From assembly GCA_965153455.1 (NCBI GenBank), contig OZ234493.1, forward strand, positions 9,166,213 through 9,230,212: DNA of 64,000 bases, written 5' to 3'. Below are positions 40,252 through 54,600 of this stretch, piece by piece; the first letter of the stretch is position 1; each line of letters opens with the position of its first letter. Made by a program: the position numbers and the translations under genes. Source of the stretch: Sphagnum compactum (Eukaryota). A model generated the notes under the pieces. The model was not told where the DNA came from, did not search any database, and saw nothing but the letters and a program-made list of their open reading frames with translations.

Positions 40252-40892
40252 TTTTCCTTTCACCAAATAACATTGAAAAGATTTGTATGCTTCGTGCAAA
40301 CCTTTCAAGCATAATTTTCTTACTAGGGTGGTTCTTTTGAGACCCTTGTCCAGGAAGATCTTTATTTGCGATGAAGTCAACTTCTGTATCTGAATGATGT
40401 CCGGATGAATGAGGTACAGTTCACTTATATGCCCCAAAATCACCGTGGTTGCATTCCAAATGTGCTCCCTTTCCACATGTTTGTATTTGGAAAATGTACA
40501 TCTCTCAATCTTGAATTCCCATGCATTTCTGATCACATACGGGTTAGGCGACTATGGTTGACAGCAGGTTTTGACTATGATTCATACATACTCCACCACT
40601 CTCATCAAAGAGGACCACCTAAATCCTTTGGCTACTCACGGTGATGTTTCTACCGATGTTCATCCATCAACAGTGTACTGAGAGATCTTGCAAATTTGAG
40701 ACAACAATTTTCAGAAAACTCCAGTGGTAAATAGTCTAGACTTGCAGAATGCAGTTGGATGAGGTTTCTATAAGTCAGACAAGAACTGTAAACAAGGATC
40801 TGTGATGATCCTTACCCACATCATAAATTTTAAAGTCTAGGATAGTAAGGCATTTGTTTGATAGTCCAGGGTTTCGAATCATTTCGAACCCT
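40252..40892 (+). pseudogene. Second, short inverted copy of the UBR gene 3' end (last two exons and 3' UTR)
   Basis: Matches 24507-25155 and the reverse complement of ~42415-43066; last splice acceptor destroyed (atattacag|gtgagg changed to atacgggttagg at ~40537-40548). Confidence 0.9.
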
Positions 40893-41604
40893 TTTGCAAG
40901 CTTCCTCAAACTCCTCTTGCAATCCTCGTCTCAAGATGCCCCGAAATAAGTACGACACACAAGCACTGAAAAAAAAAAAAACAATGGCGCAGTTTGTAGA
41001 AATACAAATGCGAAGCGAGCGGGAGCTGACAAGTGAAAAAGCCTTGTAGGGTTTCAATGAGCAGGTTTGAGCGGCGAGCTCAGTCTATCAGGCAGGGACA
41101 ACTCGGCACGAAACTCGGTTCATGCCGAGTCTTGGCGCAAAAACCAGTTTCCTACCCAGTTGAAACCCTTTGTTGAGATCTTGTGTTGTCTGTAGCATTA
41201 CGTCTCGTAAATCGGGCAAACATGGGGTTCCGCTGCCATGTTATCCCGACTTTATGGATAACTCTCTTATATCTTGTATTTCTTGTGCTTGATTTTCACC
41301 AAAAATGAAATTGCATTCAAATGATAATAGTAATGACAATAAAAATTCCATGGGTTAATTACAACTACTACATAAGGAAAATTACAATTCAAAAATCTCA
41401 ATGTCAAAATTTGAGTTTGAACCCAAAGTTTGCCACATGACTTAACCACTATGATATCACCAATCTTGTGGTAGCCTAAACTATTTGTTACATTTATGAA
41501 CAACATTTTTGAAACCTCAAAAACACTAAATAATGGGGATCAGAGCTTTTCACTAGATTGGAGAAGCACTTTTTGGACTTCTATTTGAACAAACCATTAT
41601 ACAT

Positions 41605-41971
41605 ATAATATATAGACGTTCTCTGGATTTATCCAGACTCTTTGATTTAAAGTGGTACATTATGTATGTAATTGAAATAAGTATTATTTCGGTACCTTTT
41701 CCATAAATAAAAGAGAAAGGCACATGTCATATAATAAAATTAAAATTTGAGATCGACCTATTGAAATGTATATGGGATAATAAATTTTTTATTAACTTTT
41801 TTAAAAAAAATTATTAAAAAAGAAGTTTTTTAAAGGGAGAGAGTAAGTTATTATTAAGTTAATAAACTTCCATATCCATTACTATTATTTTTACCTCTTT
41901 CAAAGTGAAGCTTCAATCAAAATCTAAGGATTTATTTAACTATTAGATTGCATTCCATAAATCCAGTGCTT
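41605..41971. mobile_element. ~367-bp indel element with asymmetric subterminal inverted repeats
   Basis: Absent from the duplicate (empty site ccagggaaaatgtataatgg at ~25608-25627); ctggatttat (41623-41632, inside the hairpin tctggat-tt-atccaga) pairs with ataaatccag (41957-41966); lies in a T-run with no evident long TSD. Confidence 0.65.
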
Positions 41972-42668
41972 TTTCCCTGGCCTTCGAGTTCCAGTATTGA
42001 ACTTCCATAGCCATTTTATTTATGCAAAATTCATATATTATCTTGTGCTTGGACATTATAAACAAACTTGAAATCCTAATGCATTTGGCATTGAAAATGA
42101 TGCAAGCACTGATCTTCAAACCTTAAGAAAGGCTTGCACAATCATGCAACCTCCATTCCAATAACTTGAGAGCAATCTTCTCCATTACGAAAGATAGAAA
42201 ATGGATAGCCACTTAGTCACATTTACATAGTCAACAAACTAAGGGCTCCCCTTTGGAACAAAATTCATTTTCTTGCCAGCTTTTACAGCACCCAATTCCC
42301 AAGCTCCAAGAGAAGGGAACTAGATATCAGAACAAAGAACCAAAAAAATCAGGGAAATGTGCAACATAGGAATGATGAATGAGTAGTATTAGAAACTAGC
42401 CATTGAAACCCTACAAAACATGGTCACGAAATCATTCGAAACGCTGGACTATCAAACAAATGCCTTACCATCCTAGACTTTGAAATGTATGATGTAGGTA
42501 AGGATCATCACAGATCCTTGTTTACAGTTCTTGTCTGACTTATAGAAACCTCATCCAACTGCATTCTGCAAGTCTAGACTATTTACCACCGGAGTTTTCT
42601 GAAAATTGTTGTCTCAAATTTGCAAGATCTCTCAGTAGACCGCTGATGGATGAACATCGGTAGAAATA

Positions 42669-45600
42669 TCACCGTGAGTAGCCAAAGGATTTAGGTGGTC
42701 CTCTTTGATGAGAGTGGTGGAGTATGTATGAATCATAGTCAAAACCTGCTGTCAACCATAGTCGCCTCACCTGTAATATATGTGATCAGAAATGCATGGG
42801 AACTCAAGATTGAGAGATGTACATTCTCCAAATACAAACATGTGGAAAGGGAGCACATTGGAATGCACCCATGGTGATTTTGGGGCATATAAGTGAACTG
42901 TACCTCATTCATCCGGACATCATTCAGATACAGAAGTTGACTTCGTCGCAAATAAAGATCTTCCTGGACAAGGGTCTCAAAAGAACCACCCTAGTAAGAA
43001 AATTATGCATGAAAGGTTTACACGAAACATACAAAACTTTTCAATGTTATTTAGTGAAAGGAAAATATCATACATGCGTTGAAAAGTGTTCTAACCTCGC
43101 CATGATGATCCAAGTAAATAGAGAGCCCCATGAACACCCGATTCCCTCGAATCAGTACAAGTTGTGTGGATCTCAACAAGAAAAAGATGCGTATACCATC
43201 TCCTGACTCTTCACTATCTGGAAAAACATAAGACACCATATACAAATAAGCAATCCATATTCAAAGTCTTCTATTACTCTTGAGTCAATTTTTACTATGA
43301 CTTGGGATTCCATGTCTTGATCTCTAGAAGTTGAGAGATACTAGTGAGACTACTGTACAGTATCAAGAAGGTGTACAACAACCAAGATACTGATCACCAA
43401 AACGAGAGTTCAGTAGACACCAACCCCCAAGCCCCCTTCAAACCACATTGCATCAAACTCTATTCGAAGTCACGATGAGAAAAATGAATGCCCCATCTTT
43501 CTCACAAAATACATCACAATGGTTATTACTACGGACGTTCTTCTACCATATTCAATGGGGTTGGTCAAATTGAGATCTGCATCCTCCCCTCCTCTTGGTG
43601 CAAAGAGTACTTCAACTTGATTACAGATGCTTCGCTTCTTGGTTCTTTTCCAAATACCACAGTTACTGAAAAGTTCCTTGTCTTCCTTCTGTAGAAACTA
43701 GAACCTTGTTTTTTTCTTCTTTGTAATTCTTCCTTATCCAAACATAATACTGCCTTCCTACAAACATCTCATGGAACCGCTTTTTACATCTGTTCTTCAA
43801 TGCATGGAGGAACAGTCAAAATCGAGCTCTAAAGTTGGGTTCCCAGCCTCCCAGAAAACACACCATTTTTGGCATGACACATGCGATTCTTATTGCCTTG
43901 CTTTCCACACAACTCTTGAGAATAACATAAAAGATCACCACAAATCAAGCAAATAGCTGGCTCCCTGAACACAAACATACAACAGTGAGCATCCATGTAA
44001 CTAATGACTCAAGTTTCGATAGCAAGGCCAAAGCCAAGACAGAAAGTTCTAGATCCTGCTGAAGTATTTGAGTTATCTTCCCAATGGAAGTGCTTGACTT
44101 CGGCTTATAATGCCAAGTTACAAATCACTGAGAATGTTAGGTAGTGAATTAGCTTTATGAAAACACTCACTTAGGCAATTGTTTGCATGATGTACATTGC
44201 TCCTTTCCATGAATATACTTTGCGAGCAATTCCTGAAGATCCAACAAATCCAACACCCAAATTTTCAGCTTCAGCTTGCTTTACAATCTACAAGGGCAAT
44301 TATTGCTAAGATATAGAAATTGACACCCTAAATCACAGTTTAACAAGATTCAGGGCTGATGATTGGACCCTCTTAATGATTGGCATACACAACATGATTA
44401 CTGATGACCGGACTTTCTTGCTTCGGTATTCTTGGATACAAAATCCTTCACACACTAATATACAAGCTACTTCTTCTACTCTCTTGCTTTCAGGGTGCAA
44501 AAGAGGCCATTGTTCAAACAGACTGATGACCAGACTTTCCTGCTTGGGTATTCTTGGTTCAAGGAATGACAGTAATGTATGAGCTCTTTCTTCTCTTCTC
44601 TTGCTTTGAGGGGCACAAAAGAGGCCATTGTTCACCTTTTTATCATCTGGATCAGAGAAGAAGTGCCATGGGCAATGTGCTAAAACATGCAAAGACTTAT
44701 GAAGAGGGTCTTTTTCTTTACTGAATTGCAAGCAAAGAAGGCTGTTTCTACACCTTCACACACACCCTTCACTCCACAATACCTAGGATTGTTCTCATTG
44801 TGACCAAACAAAGCAAGGGGAAAAAAAGGTTATGGCATGTTCAATTAGAGAACCAGTGAAATAGCATTTCACCTGGTACACCCGAGGTAAACTGTGGAGG
44901 ACCACCTTCTCTGGAACTTTATAGAGCTTTGGAGACCTCTGCAATTGGCAATAAATACACTACATTAGCTTTCACATTCTGGAGATGTCTTCACACGCTT
45001 CTCATTTCTGCATACACTTTTACAAAGAATAAAGGTTGTAGAATGCCCATACTCAATCCAGTTCATCAATTTCAACCAACGCACCTGTCCCCATTGCAGG
45101 TGTTCCAGTCTCATTTCAAAGCTGTACTCTTCAAGGCCATCTAAGAAATTCAAACACTCCAACTTCAGATTGTATTCCTTTGAGCATTAATGCCTCCAGG
45201 ATTCTGCATTCAACACCTATCTAGAATATTCTGCAGAAAAAAAGTTCTGAATTGAGCAAAACAGCCCACAAAAAAATTCTGCCAACCGGCTGATATCCAT
45301 TAGATAAACCTATGAGAGTGACCTGAGGCACCAAAGTTCAAGGTCGAAGCTGGATCTGGAAGTTGCAATTCAGTCACCAAGTAAGCAGCATCCATCACCT
45401 TTCGGCCTGCTATCATATTATAAGAGAGAAGTAAGTAATATTGCCAAGTATCACCAGCAATGACATTGCCAAAACAAACTATCTAGTTTCTCCATCAGCA
45501 ACTTGCCATGACTAATAATCTTCACCTTCTATCCTGTACCTGATCAAGAGGATAAGTGCATCAGTAAGTCTAGACCAATACACCTCAAAAAATACTCTAG

Positions 45601-48600
45601 ATCCCTATTGGATTCTACAATTGTTAAACCCAATTCCCAGTTGTGCATATATTCTTCCAAAGCAAACTCTACTCAGAAGTAAGAACCTGGCCCATCCCAG
45701 AGACCATCAAGATCTTTGCCCGTAATAATTTGCACCTGTGTAAGGATACAAAACAGTAGCTTGTTTAGTCATGGCTTCAAGACAAGGCCACAAATACCCA
45801 GATTCAACAGACTAGGAGCTAAAATCCATACACAAAGCACTGAGAACAAAACCTGTGTTGGAAAATAATCACACGAAGGAGGAGAACTACCAGCAAAGCT
45901 GCTCGGCGTAAGAATGGGAGGCAAGCCATTTGAATTGATGAACTTAGATTCTGAGAACCACCAGCTTCCCTGCTCAGTTGCCAAAGTGCTGTTGATGCCT
46001 GAGCAACCGCAATAACATATGCAAACTTCACCATAAGCAGTATTACTGGGCGTTCGGGCTGCCCTGAATATGTCTGGATTCACAATAGACAAAGTTAGAA
46101 ACTACATTGTTGATAGGTCAGGAGCTAGTAAGTTCACTGTGTACAGTGACAAAATTGGTTGCATTACATATGCCTCCACTAGCAAAGCTGAATGCAATAC
46201 AGGTACTCAAACCTATCTGGACCAACAGTTAAAGACAGCAAGAGTCAGTGCATATACTCACAATAAGTAGTACAACAAGAAGCTTAAATGGATCAGCAGC
46301 AAGTGCATTATCACAAATATCAGAGATCCAATCTGTTGGATGCTCCTTGTCTTTGACATCCTCCTGAACATCAACTTTGGAAGAGGAGCCACATGTTTCT
46401 TGAGCCCAAAAATTTGCTATTAGCATTGTAGGCAATTGACTGATGTTCGTCTCTCCCCCTCCTTCACTTTTTATTTCTGCTTTACTAGGAGAAGGCAGAT
46501 CAGATTGCCGCATGAATTCTACAAGGTGACCACTTTCAGCTGTTTCTTTCTTTTTTCCCAACCCATCCTTCTCCAACTCATTGGTGTCAGAAGCTGGAAT
46601 TATAGTCTCCAGCAGAGGGTTTTGACTAAAATACTTCATGGCTTTCCTTAAATTCACCCTCCATCGTCCCTTTTCTGTCATGGACAACTTAATTGTTAGA
46701 ACTGCAGACTTGAAAGCACAAGAGCACTCATTTAGATCCCATCTCTTTTGAAAGCAATCTACAAAGGATACATTCTTCACATACCCATGAATTTGAGCTC
46801 TGTCAAGTATTAACAACAGCTAAGCTGCTAAGCTAATAGAGGGTGGTACCCAATAACCAGTTTCTGAATAGCTGAATACTTGACAAGATGGTGTGCCATG
46901 TAGAGATAGATGTTGAACTAAATCTACAGTTCTCACAAATAATCTTTAAAAACAAAGATTCTATGATAAACTGATGACTGCAAGTTTATGACACATTACT
47001 CCACCTCCCTGACCTGTGAAGATGCCCTTTGAAACAATTCTGTCAATTCTGTATCTGAGAAGTCAACTAGACCTTAATCAGTTTTATCCTCGGTTACCTG
47101 CTGCGTATGGCACTATATTGATAAACATGGCTAGTTTTCCAAGCTCTCGTAATGCTATCCAATGAGCTGAGCGCCCTCCCCAGGTCTGTTGGTCCTTGGG
47201 CTGGACTGTGGATGATGATGATGATGATGCAACATCTACCTTCAGTGGTCCTTCCTCCCTTGTAACCAGTTCACAATGTACTATGTTCAGAGCAAGTACT
47301 TCCCACAGCACCTGGCAAAGATGCACATTAAGATCAGTTGATGGTCTTGCTGTGACATTCTGGAGTTACAAAGAACTCACAGATTCAAGAAATGAATTGT
47401 GACCAGACATTTTCTCAGCACCCAAGATGGGATTGGCACAAACCTGGCAACTTGTGGTGTCCTCTTTGAATATAGCAGAGTTGCTCCGCACTCGTAGAGT
47501 CTGGTCCCATAGCAAACCAGACTCAGTAAGAATACAAAGGATCAAAAGCACAATAGGGTACAGAAAACACATTGAAGGATACATCATCCTTTTTAACGCA
47601 CTGTTGCTAGAGCACAGGGCGAATGATACCCAGCAACCTTTAAGTGGCAGACAAATGGAGAGTAAATCCACGACAGAGAGTAGTTCCCTCACAATCAACC
47701 ACAAAGCCTTTGGAGTTTGTAAATACACAATTACAGTTAGGTATTGGGCACAAATTGTTGCTTCATAGCTGAAGTTGGGCACTTCATGACATTAAATAGT
47801 TCAGGAATGCTGTTTGCCTGAGAGGTGAAAAAGGTAATTGAATTCATGATGCTCTTCCATGCTGCCTGGAAATCTCTCGATTCCTGTGACTCCTCCACAT
47901 GTGGCAGTATCACATTTGCGAGGCGGCGGCAGGTGGGACAGAGAAACTCACATCTGCCAAGATCAACTAAACCTCTCCCTGATAGATCCAAAACAATTCC
48001 AAAGTCAATCCTGTGATGGGAATAATGTGACTTCCAAATTAATTTATCATGTATCATGAGCCTCGTCAACATCACAAGACAATGTCATTCCAGAGGCCCA
48101 TGGCAAAGTCAAACATATGTACAGACACAAATATCCATAAATGTGGCAAACATCTTACTTATTCTGAAACATCAAGGAAGCAAGAGCTATTGCATGGTAC
48201 AACATGATAACGTATGGATTACTACCAATGCTAAAGCCTCTTCTTGAATATTCTGGGAGAAACCAGCACCAAACCGCATCTCAAATTCATATGTATTTCA
48301 TAGGGAAACAGTCAAACCTGGATATCCAATCCCAGATGAATGACGTTTAACAAGAGAACTATAATAGTCTTGAAAACATGAAAGATGCATCTGCAACCAT
48401 GCACACCACATTGTAATGTCCCACCAAACACAATTGTCCAAATTCACAATACAACATTCATAAATTGATTAGGGTCACATTTGCTAGCAGCTTATGAGTG
48501 AGCAAACTTTTGGGCTCCTGAACAGGCAATGCAAGTATACTCCAACATCCAGATGTGTGCTTGGGATCCTGGACAAACAATACATCTACCATCCCCACAT

Positions 48601-51600
48601 GCATGCTCTTGAGTACCTGGTGACCACAGCATTGGACATGCTCAGGTGCCTGCTGATCAATACTACCAACATGCACACGCTTCTCTGTGTCATACATCAC
48701 TGTGGTTAGCTGCTTGCTCTCCTGATCTTCGAGTCCCTCCAACCCTCTTTGGCCAGGATGATTGACAAGTGCCTCAACATCTTCAAAGTTATCCACCACT
48801 TTTCCTCTTGATAATACCAAACTTGGCAAGCTGTACTGCTGTACCAGTGCAATCCAGCCTGCTGGAGTTTTGTCTGGATCCCTCTGAAGCACAAAGAAAA
48901 AAAAGCAGTTGAGAAAGGTTTCTATTTCCAAGTGGAATCTGGAAAACTCAGGCAATGGAAACAAGAGCAAGGCAGAAGAATACCATGCTCTTGCATAAAA
49001 CACACTCATTGCCATCGTGTGAATACGATGTCTCCATAGCCATACTGGTGCCTTCAACCCTATAACTATTGCCCGCTGCCTCCAGTGATGGTACAATGCT
49101 AGCTTTAGATCCTACTGTCGTTTCCTCCAAGGCTTGACCTTTTCCCTCTGCCTCTTCCAATGCATTCACCACATCATCCTCTTCAAGCTGCTGCTCCAAG
49201 AAGGCCTTCTGCCTGTTGAACAGAGACACGGTCTACATATAAATACATTTGAATCTTAACTAAGTATCCACACTAACTTACAATAACCAGTGAGCTGCAT
49301 ACAGTTGACCTAATTGTGCATACCAACCCCAAAAGCAGAAGATACTTGCTATATAGATACTTGGGTATCTCTGTATCCATTGGTTAAGTCCAACCAGCAT
49401 TGAAGTTAGCATCTAAACAACTTTTAATCTGGAGGTGAGACCACATCATTTTGACATATCTGACACAAGCAAACATTGATATGTGGAACATCAAATGTGT
49501 TCAACTATTTGAACTATTCTGCTTATTTCTTTTAGAAAAAAGGTAAGTTAGGTTATTTGATTTCAAAACCCACATATGAGAATTGACCTTTGAAATTAGT
49601 AAACTCATTTGGTGATCAGTGTCATACAATATGCCAGCTTGCAACTTGATAACACGGACAAGGTGCTGCATTGGCCTGTGCACAATCAAAATGACACAAG
49701 GTTCATCTCAAACTCTGGGCTGTACAAGCACCATACCTGACAGCAAATTGATCAAGAATAGCCTTCTGCCGATCTCTCTTCCTCTGCTGTTCATTCCTGA
49801 CCCACTGCTCATCCTCAGCAGCAAGAGAAACAACCTGGAGAGATGGGACTTATGAGAACACATATACCGAACCAATCACTGACAACTACCAAATGTTGCA
49901 TACATCCAAGGGATATCAGACATAGACAATTCTGAAGAATTGGGTAAATGTTCTCAAGCCTATATTACCTGCAAGTTTGTAGAGGGCACCTGAGAACCAC
50001 TTGTTTCAGCCTCATTCACATTCTTGCAGTAGATGGAGAGGAGGTGAAGGACATGTTTGATAGAGTCTACCAATCCTGAGCAACATCCCAAATACCAGTC
50101 AATGAACAGAATAGTCACCAAATAGTTGGCCACATTCCAGACTTGGTACACAACTGCTCTCCCACAATTCAGGTGATCACAAAAACAATGCTGTTCCAAT
50201 GTGACCAGAATAGTATTTGCTCCTCTTTGAGGTAGAGCTCCCAGAGCATGGCAACAATCAGCACTAGTGTTTGCCTGAAAGCATCATGTGGAACTCAGAT
50301 AACATGGAGACTACCCTTGCTTGGACTTAAGGGAAGACACAAAAGTCAGACCGACTTACGAGGCGACCCTTTTGACTTTTGCAGTTTCAGCAGCAAATCA
50401 TGAATGCTTGGTAGATCTGAATTGCCGCTTGGTAGATCTGAATTGCCTCTAGTCCAGCACACAGTTGTGTCGGACTTTAAGCACGGCCGCAAATATGTGT
50501 TTAAAGAAATGTCATTTGAAGGAAATGAAGACTGGGGTTCTGTTAGGGACTGTTCAGAACGCTTCAAGCCCCGACTCCTACAACCATCAGACTCAATAAT
50601 CAGTTGACAGGATTCAATTCTGCTTCCAGTGCTGAACTCATTACACTTTCTGGGTTCTCCTGGTTCACACTTTTGTCAGCTCACTCATCATGAACATTCT
50701 GGAACAAACAAAACTTCTTGCCTCTGAGCAAAACCAATCATTTTTATCATTGAGTTCTAAGCTTTCAGGAAGTGTCGCCAAGCATGCATACCATGGATCG
50801 TTCTTAAGATCGGAAACAACTACAGCCATCAGCTGCAAAGCTATCACTCCAAGAGATTCTCCATCTGTCACAGTTGAATCCTCACTAACCAATATACGCA
50901 CATAGTTCAACACATTTATCAGAAACTGATGACAAGCCTGCCATCCCCCAGCCATGTTCCAACAACCCATTATTATTATATTTTACTGCATGGGAGAATT
51001 TATCAGATCCCACATGGTGCAAAAATAATGCTCTGCCTTAATTTCTGATGAAGTAATTTAACAAAACAAACAAAGTTGCCTAGGATATGGACCATTGTGT
51101 GGAGGAGATTAGAAAGGCGATCATATGGTTGTTTTGCCGGTGAAGGTGCCCAAATCCGCCAATACTGGTGCTGCTTTCCCACACTTACTGCCCTTTCCTG
51201 TTTACACCCACATACAACCCATCCAACATCTACTGTAACATGGCGGTCTTCTTGTTGACAACAGCAGTTGAAACATCCCAACTTAGCATTGTGTACCATG
51301 ACTAACGAATACAAACATCACTGCAACCCCAATTACCCATTTCATGATGAAAGATATCAGAGCTCCTGTGCCAATTATTGCGTCATAGGAAATCTCTATT
51401 CAGCATCAAGTATAATCATTCTAGTACACTCTTTACCTGAGCTTCCTCCAGCTCATTCAGATAGTAATTACCAAACAAGGGATCAAACTCCTTCCAACAC
51501 TCTGCCTTCAATTCGTAGTGTCCTCGATCTGAGATCTACAGCACAAGACATTTATGGAAGGAATAAGAGGAGAAGAAAATAGCAATGGTTGCAAGCTTCC

Positions 51601-54600
51601 AGACACTCTCAGTCAGACAATATTGCTGCAAAACAAGATTCAGAAAACAGAAACAGATGAATATCCCAGTTGATAGTCCAAAATCGTGAGACTGAACTCA
51701 GGACTTGCATGCCTTCATATGTATGGATGCATGATTGAGCACCAACAATTCCAAAGGGGGAATAGAAGAAAGAATAAAGAGAAATCTCATACACATACTG
51801 CATGCAATTTCCACATTGAAAATGTCACCCACAACTCAGAGGGTTTGCTACAGTCATTGTTACAAAACTGGTCATGTCCAACCCCTCAGATGCATGGAGT
51901 AAGAAACAGAAAATATGAGGAGAGAAGCAAATCACAGACCAGTTTTGGCTCGTGGTAGATTGCCACATCTGACAATATAGCCGCAAGTTCACGATGATCT
52001 GTTGGAACTGCACTCAGAGCATGGCAAAGCTGAAAGTACTCCCAACCAGGAGGTTAGGTAAGGGTTCAGAATCAGTAACCAGCAATGCAGAAAGCTTCTT
52101 TCATGTTCCTCATGAAATCTGCTTAGAGGAACCAATGTTATATTCACAAATAGCAACTTTCTTTAGTGGGTTCAAAATGCCATAAGAAATTGTTAACTCA
52201 AGTGCCCCAAAAAAACACATCACAAAAGTCTAAAATTCAGGGTTTCACCAAAACTCCATGGCCTGAAATCCCACCTGTGAGTATGTTTGATTCCGCACAC
52301 ACAACCACTGCACCACATCATAACGAAGACATTCTCCCTGCTCAAACAGCACAGTGCCCATGACATACAACACCACCACAGCACCTTCAAATGCCTTCCC
52401 TCAGAAATCATCAGAAAATTGAAATACAACACTCAGAGCAAATTATCTGCTGATTCTGATGCTAAATTACACAAATCCTGTCCACTTCCTTGGGCATATA
52501 ATTCTCTTCTTTTGCTGCAATCTGCACCTGTTACTGCAAAACACTTCACGATATGCTGCATGGGAATATGGTCTTACATCATCCACCCCTGTGTGGCGAC
52601 GCCCACGAACAACCTGGACAAAGAAAAATTTCAGTTGAGAAGCAACTTAGTCAACTGACTGCACTACATAATTTCCAATGAGCCAGTAAAATTTGGGAAA
52701 GTCAAAAGCTTTGTATCATTTAGTGGTCAAAATGCGCAAAACAAAGTACCCATGCTGTCTGACTGATACAGTCAACAACAGCATGGACAGAAAGAAATTG
52801 AGTGATAAAACAGAGACCCACCAACAGAACCAATCGCATGAAATCTTGAAGAAGGGAAATCTTTGAAGAACGAAGCCGAGGAATTTTGCCATCACGCAAG
52901 AAAGAGCACACCATCTCTTTCAACTGCACCCAGATATATGTCAAATAACAGTCACAATCTCATCATCTGCAAACAGAGCAAGAACTTTAACTGCATTCAA
53001 TTGCAGTTGTAAAAGTGTCAAAAACAAAGAGAATGCATTCCTGGATTATTGAAAACTTACTTCAAAGCACTCAGCCATTTGGACAAAGATTTTTTGTTCC
53101 ATATTCTCCCGAGCAACTGTACCAAATTGTAGCAGCAGCAAGTCCATGTCCATTGACCTGGAGTGCAGACCAAGCTGCCTACTCAATAAAAAAAATTAAA
53201 GATAAAAAAAACGAAGCATAGAAAGAACAAACCCAATGACCTGTTTTAGCTACCCACTTCGAATTTACAAACAGGCAATCCACAAGCTAGACAATACAAC
53301 TCTGCATCTGGACACTCAGGTGACCAACTTACTGGTCATGCCAGAAGCTACCCCGGTAAATGAGCTCAAGACGACTGAACTCTACAGATGTGGCATTCCA
53401 CATCTGTGCACGGATCTGCACAATCACACAATAGGGTCAGGTGCAACGTCAGATCATAAACACAAAAAATTGATTGAACACCGAACAGTTCAGGCATGCA
53501 CAATAGCTGCAAAACAGAACAAAGATGATCTATGAGAATTGACTCTCAATGCCATTGACAAGTCAACACTTCAAATCACAAGACAAATTTAGGCATACCT
53601 GTGCCATCCACACACAGATGCGTAATGGTTGCCAAATCAAGGACATCACCTGTTACAATACCAAGCACAAGATCGGGAAACAGTTACCTATTTGCTAGAA
53701 TTTGACAAAGAAATCCAATGATGAATTCTAGAACAGATGGATCAAAGATATCATAGGACAAATTTCTGGCAAAACTGTTCCACTATATCTCACTAAGTTG
53801 CATTATGGGTTTATGGGCAAGCCCCACTCAACGAATCAACAACATAAGACTTACTTTTGTGCTAATATATACCAGATCAATGGATCAAGGTAAATGACAT
53901 ACCTCCTCTTCAGTGTATGTGAAGTTCAAAGCTGGGAAAAAGCTTCCATTGTGCTCATCCCAGTGCAACAGGATGAGCTTTGCAAGTACGGCACTAAGGG
54001 TCCTATGTAGAGGAATATGCAGCGAGCTTGTTTGGGAATCAGGTGGAAGTGAGCCTGTATAACGCAAGTGCGCCTGCATGCAATTAAACTACCATTATGC
54101 ATGTGTCATGCTTTTGAGTGTGACAGCCAAAGCCTTAAAAAGCCTGTCATGGACCAGGGGGGTAATGTGATGAGCATATCTTGCCTTTCCTAGGTAATCA
54201 CGTAAAGCTTTTAAGGTGTAATCGGTGGCCAAGATCAATGTTTTCTTCTTCACCAAGTCATCTGAATGTTGATAACACCGAGAAACCAACTGAAAAACAA
54301 TGGCCATGCTATTCATCTGCATTGAAATCTAGATATGTTAGATCTAACAGAAGTACTTACTGGCCATGATATAATGTAACACAACAAACCTCTCATACAA
54401 ATTGACACTGCTCTGATCCCTGACAAACCTTGTGACAATGCCATCCTCGTAACCTATATATGGAATGACACCTGTTCAGAATAAAGCTAGTGACATCTCA
54501 TTGTCCAAATGCAGATGTGATTCTTTCCAGTCTATCTCACATCAATCTACTAGGCAAGCAAAGCATTTGGCATTGAATTTGCAACAGCTGTGAATTACCA

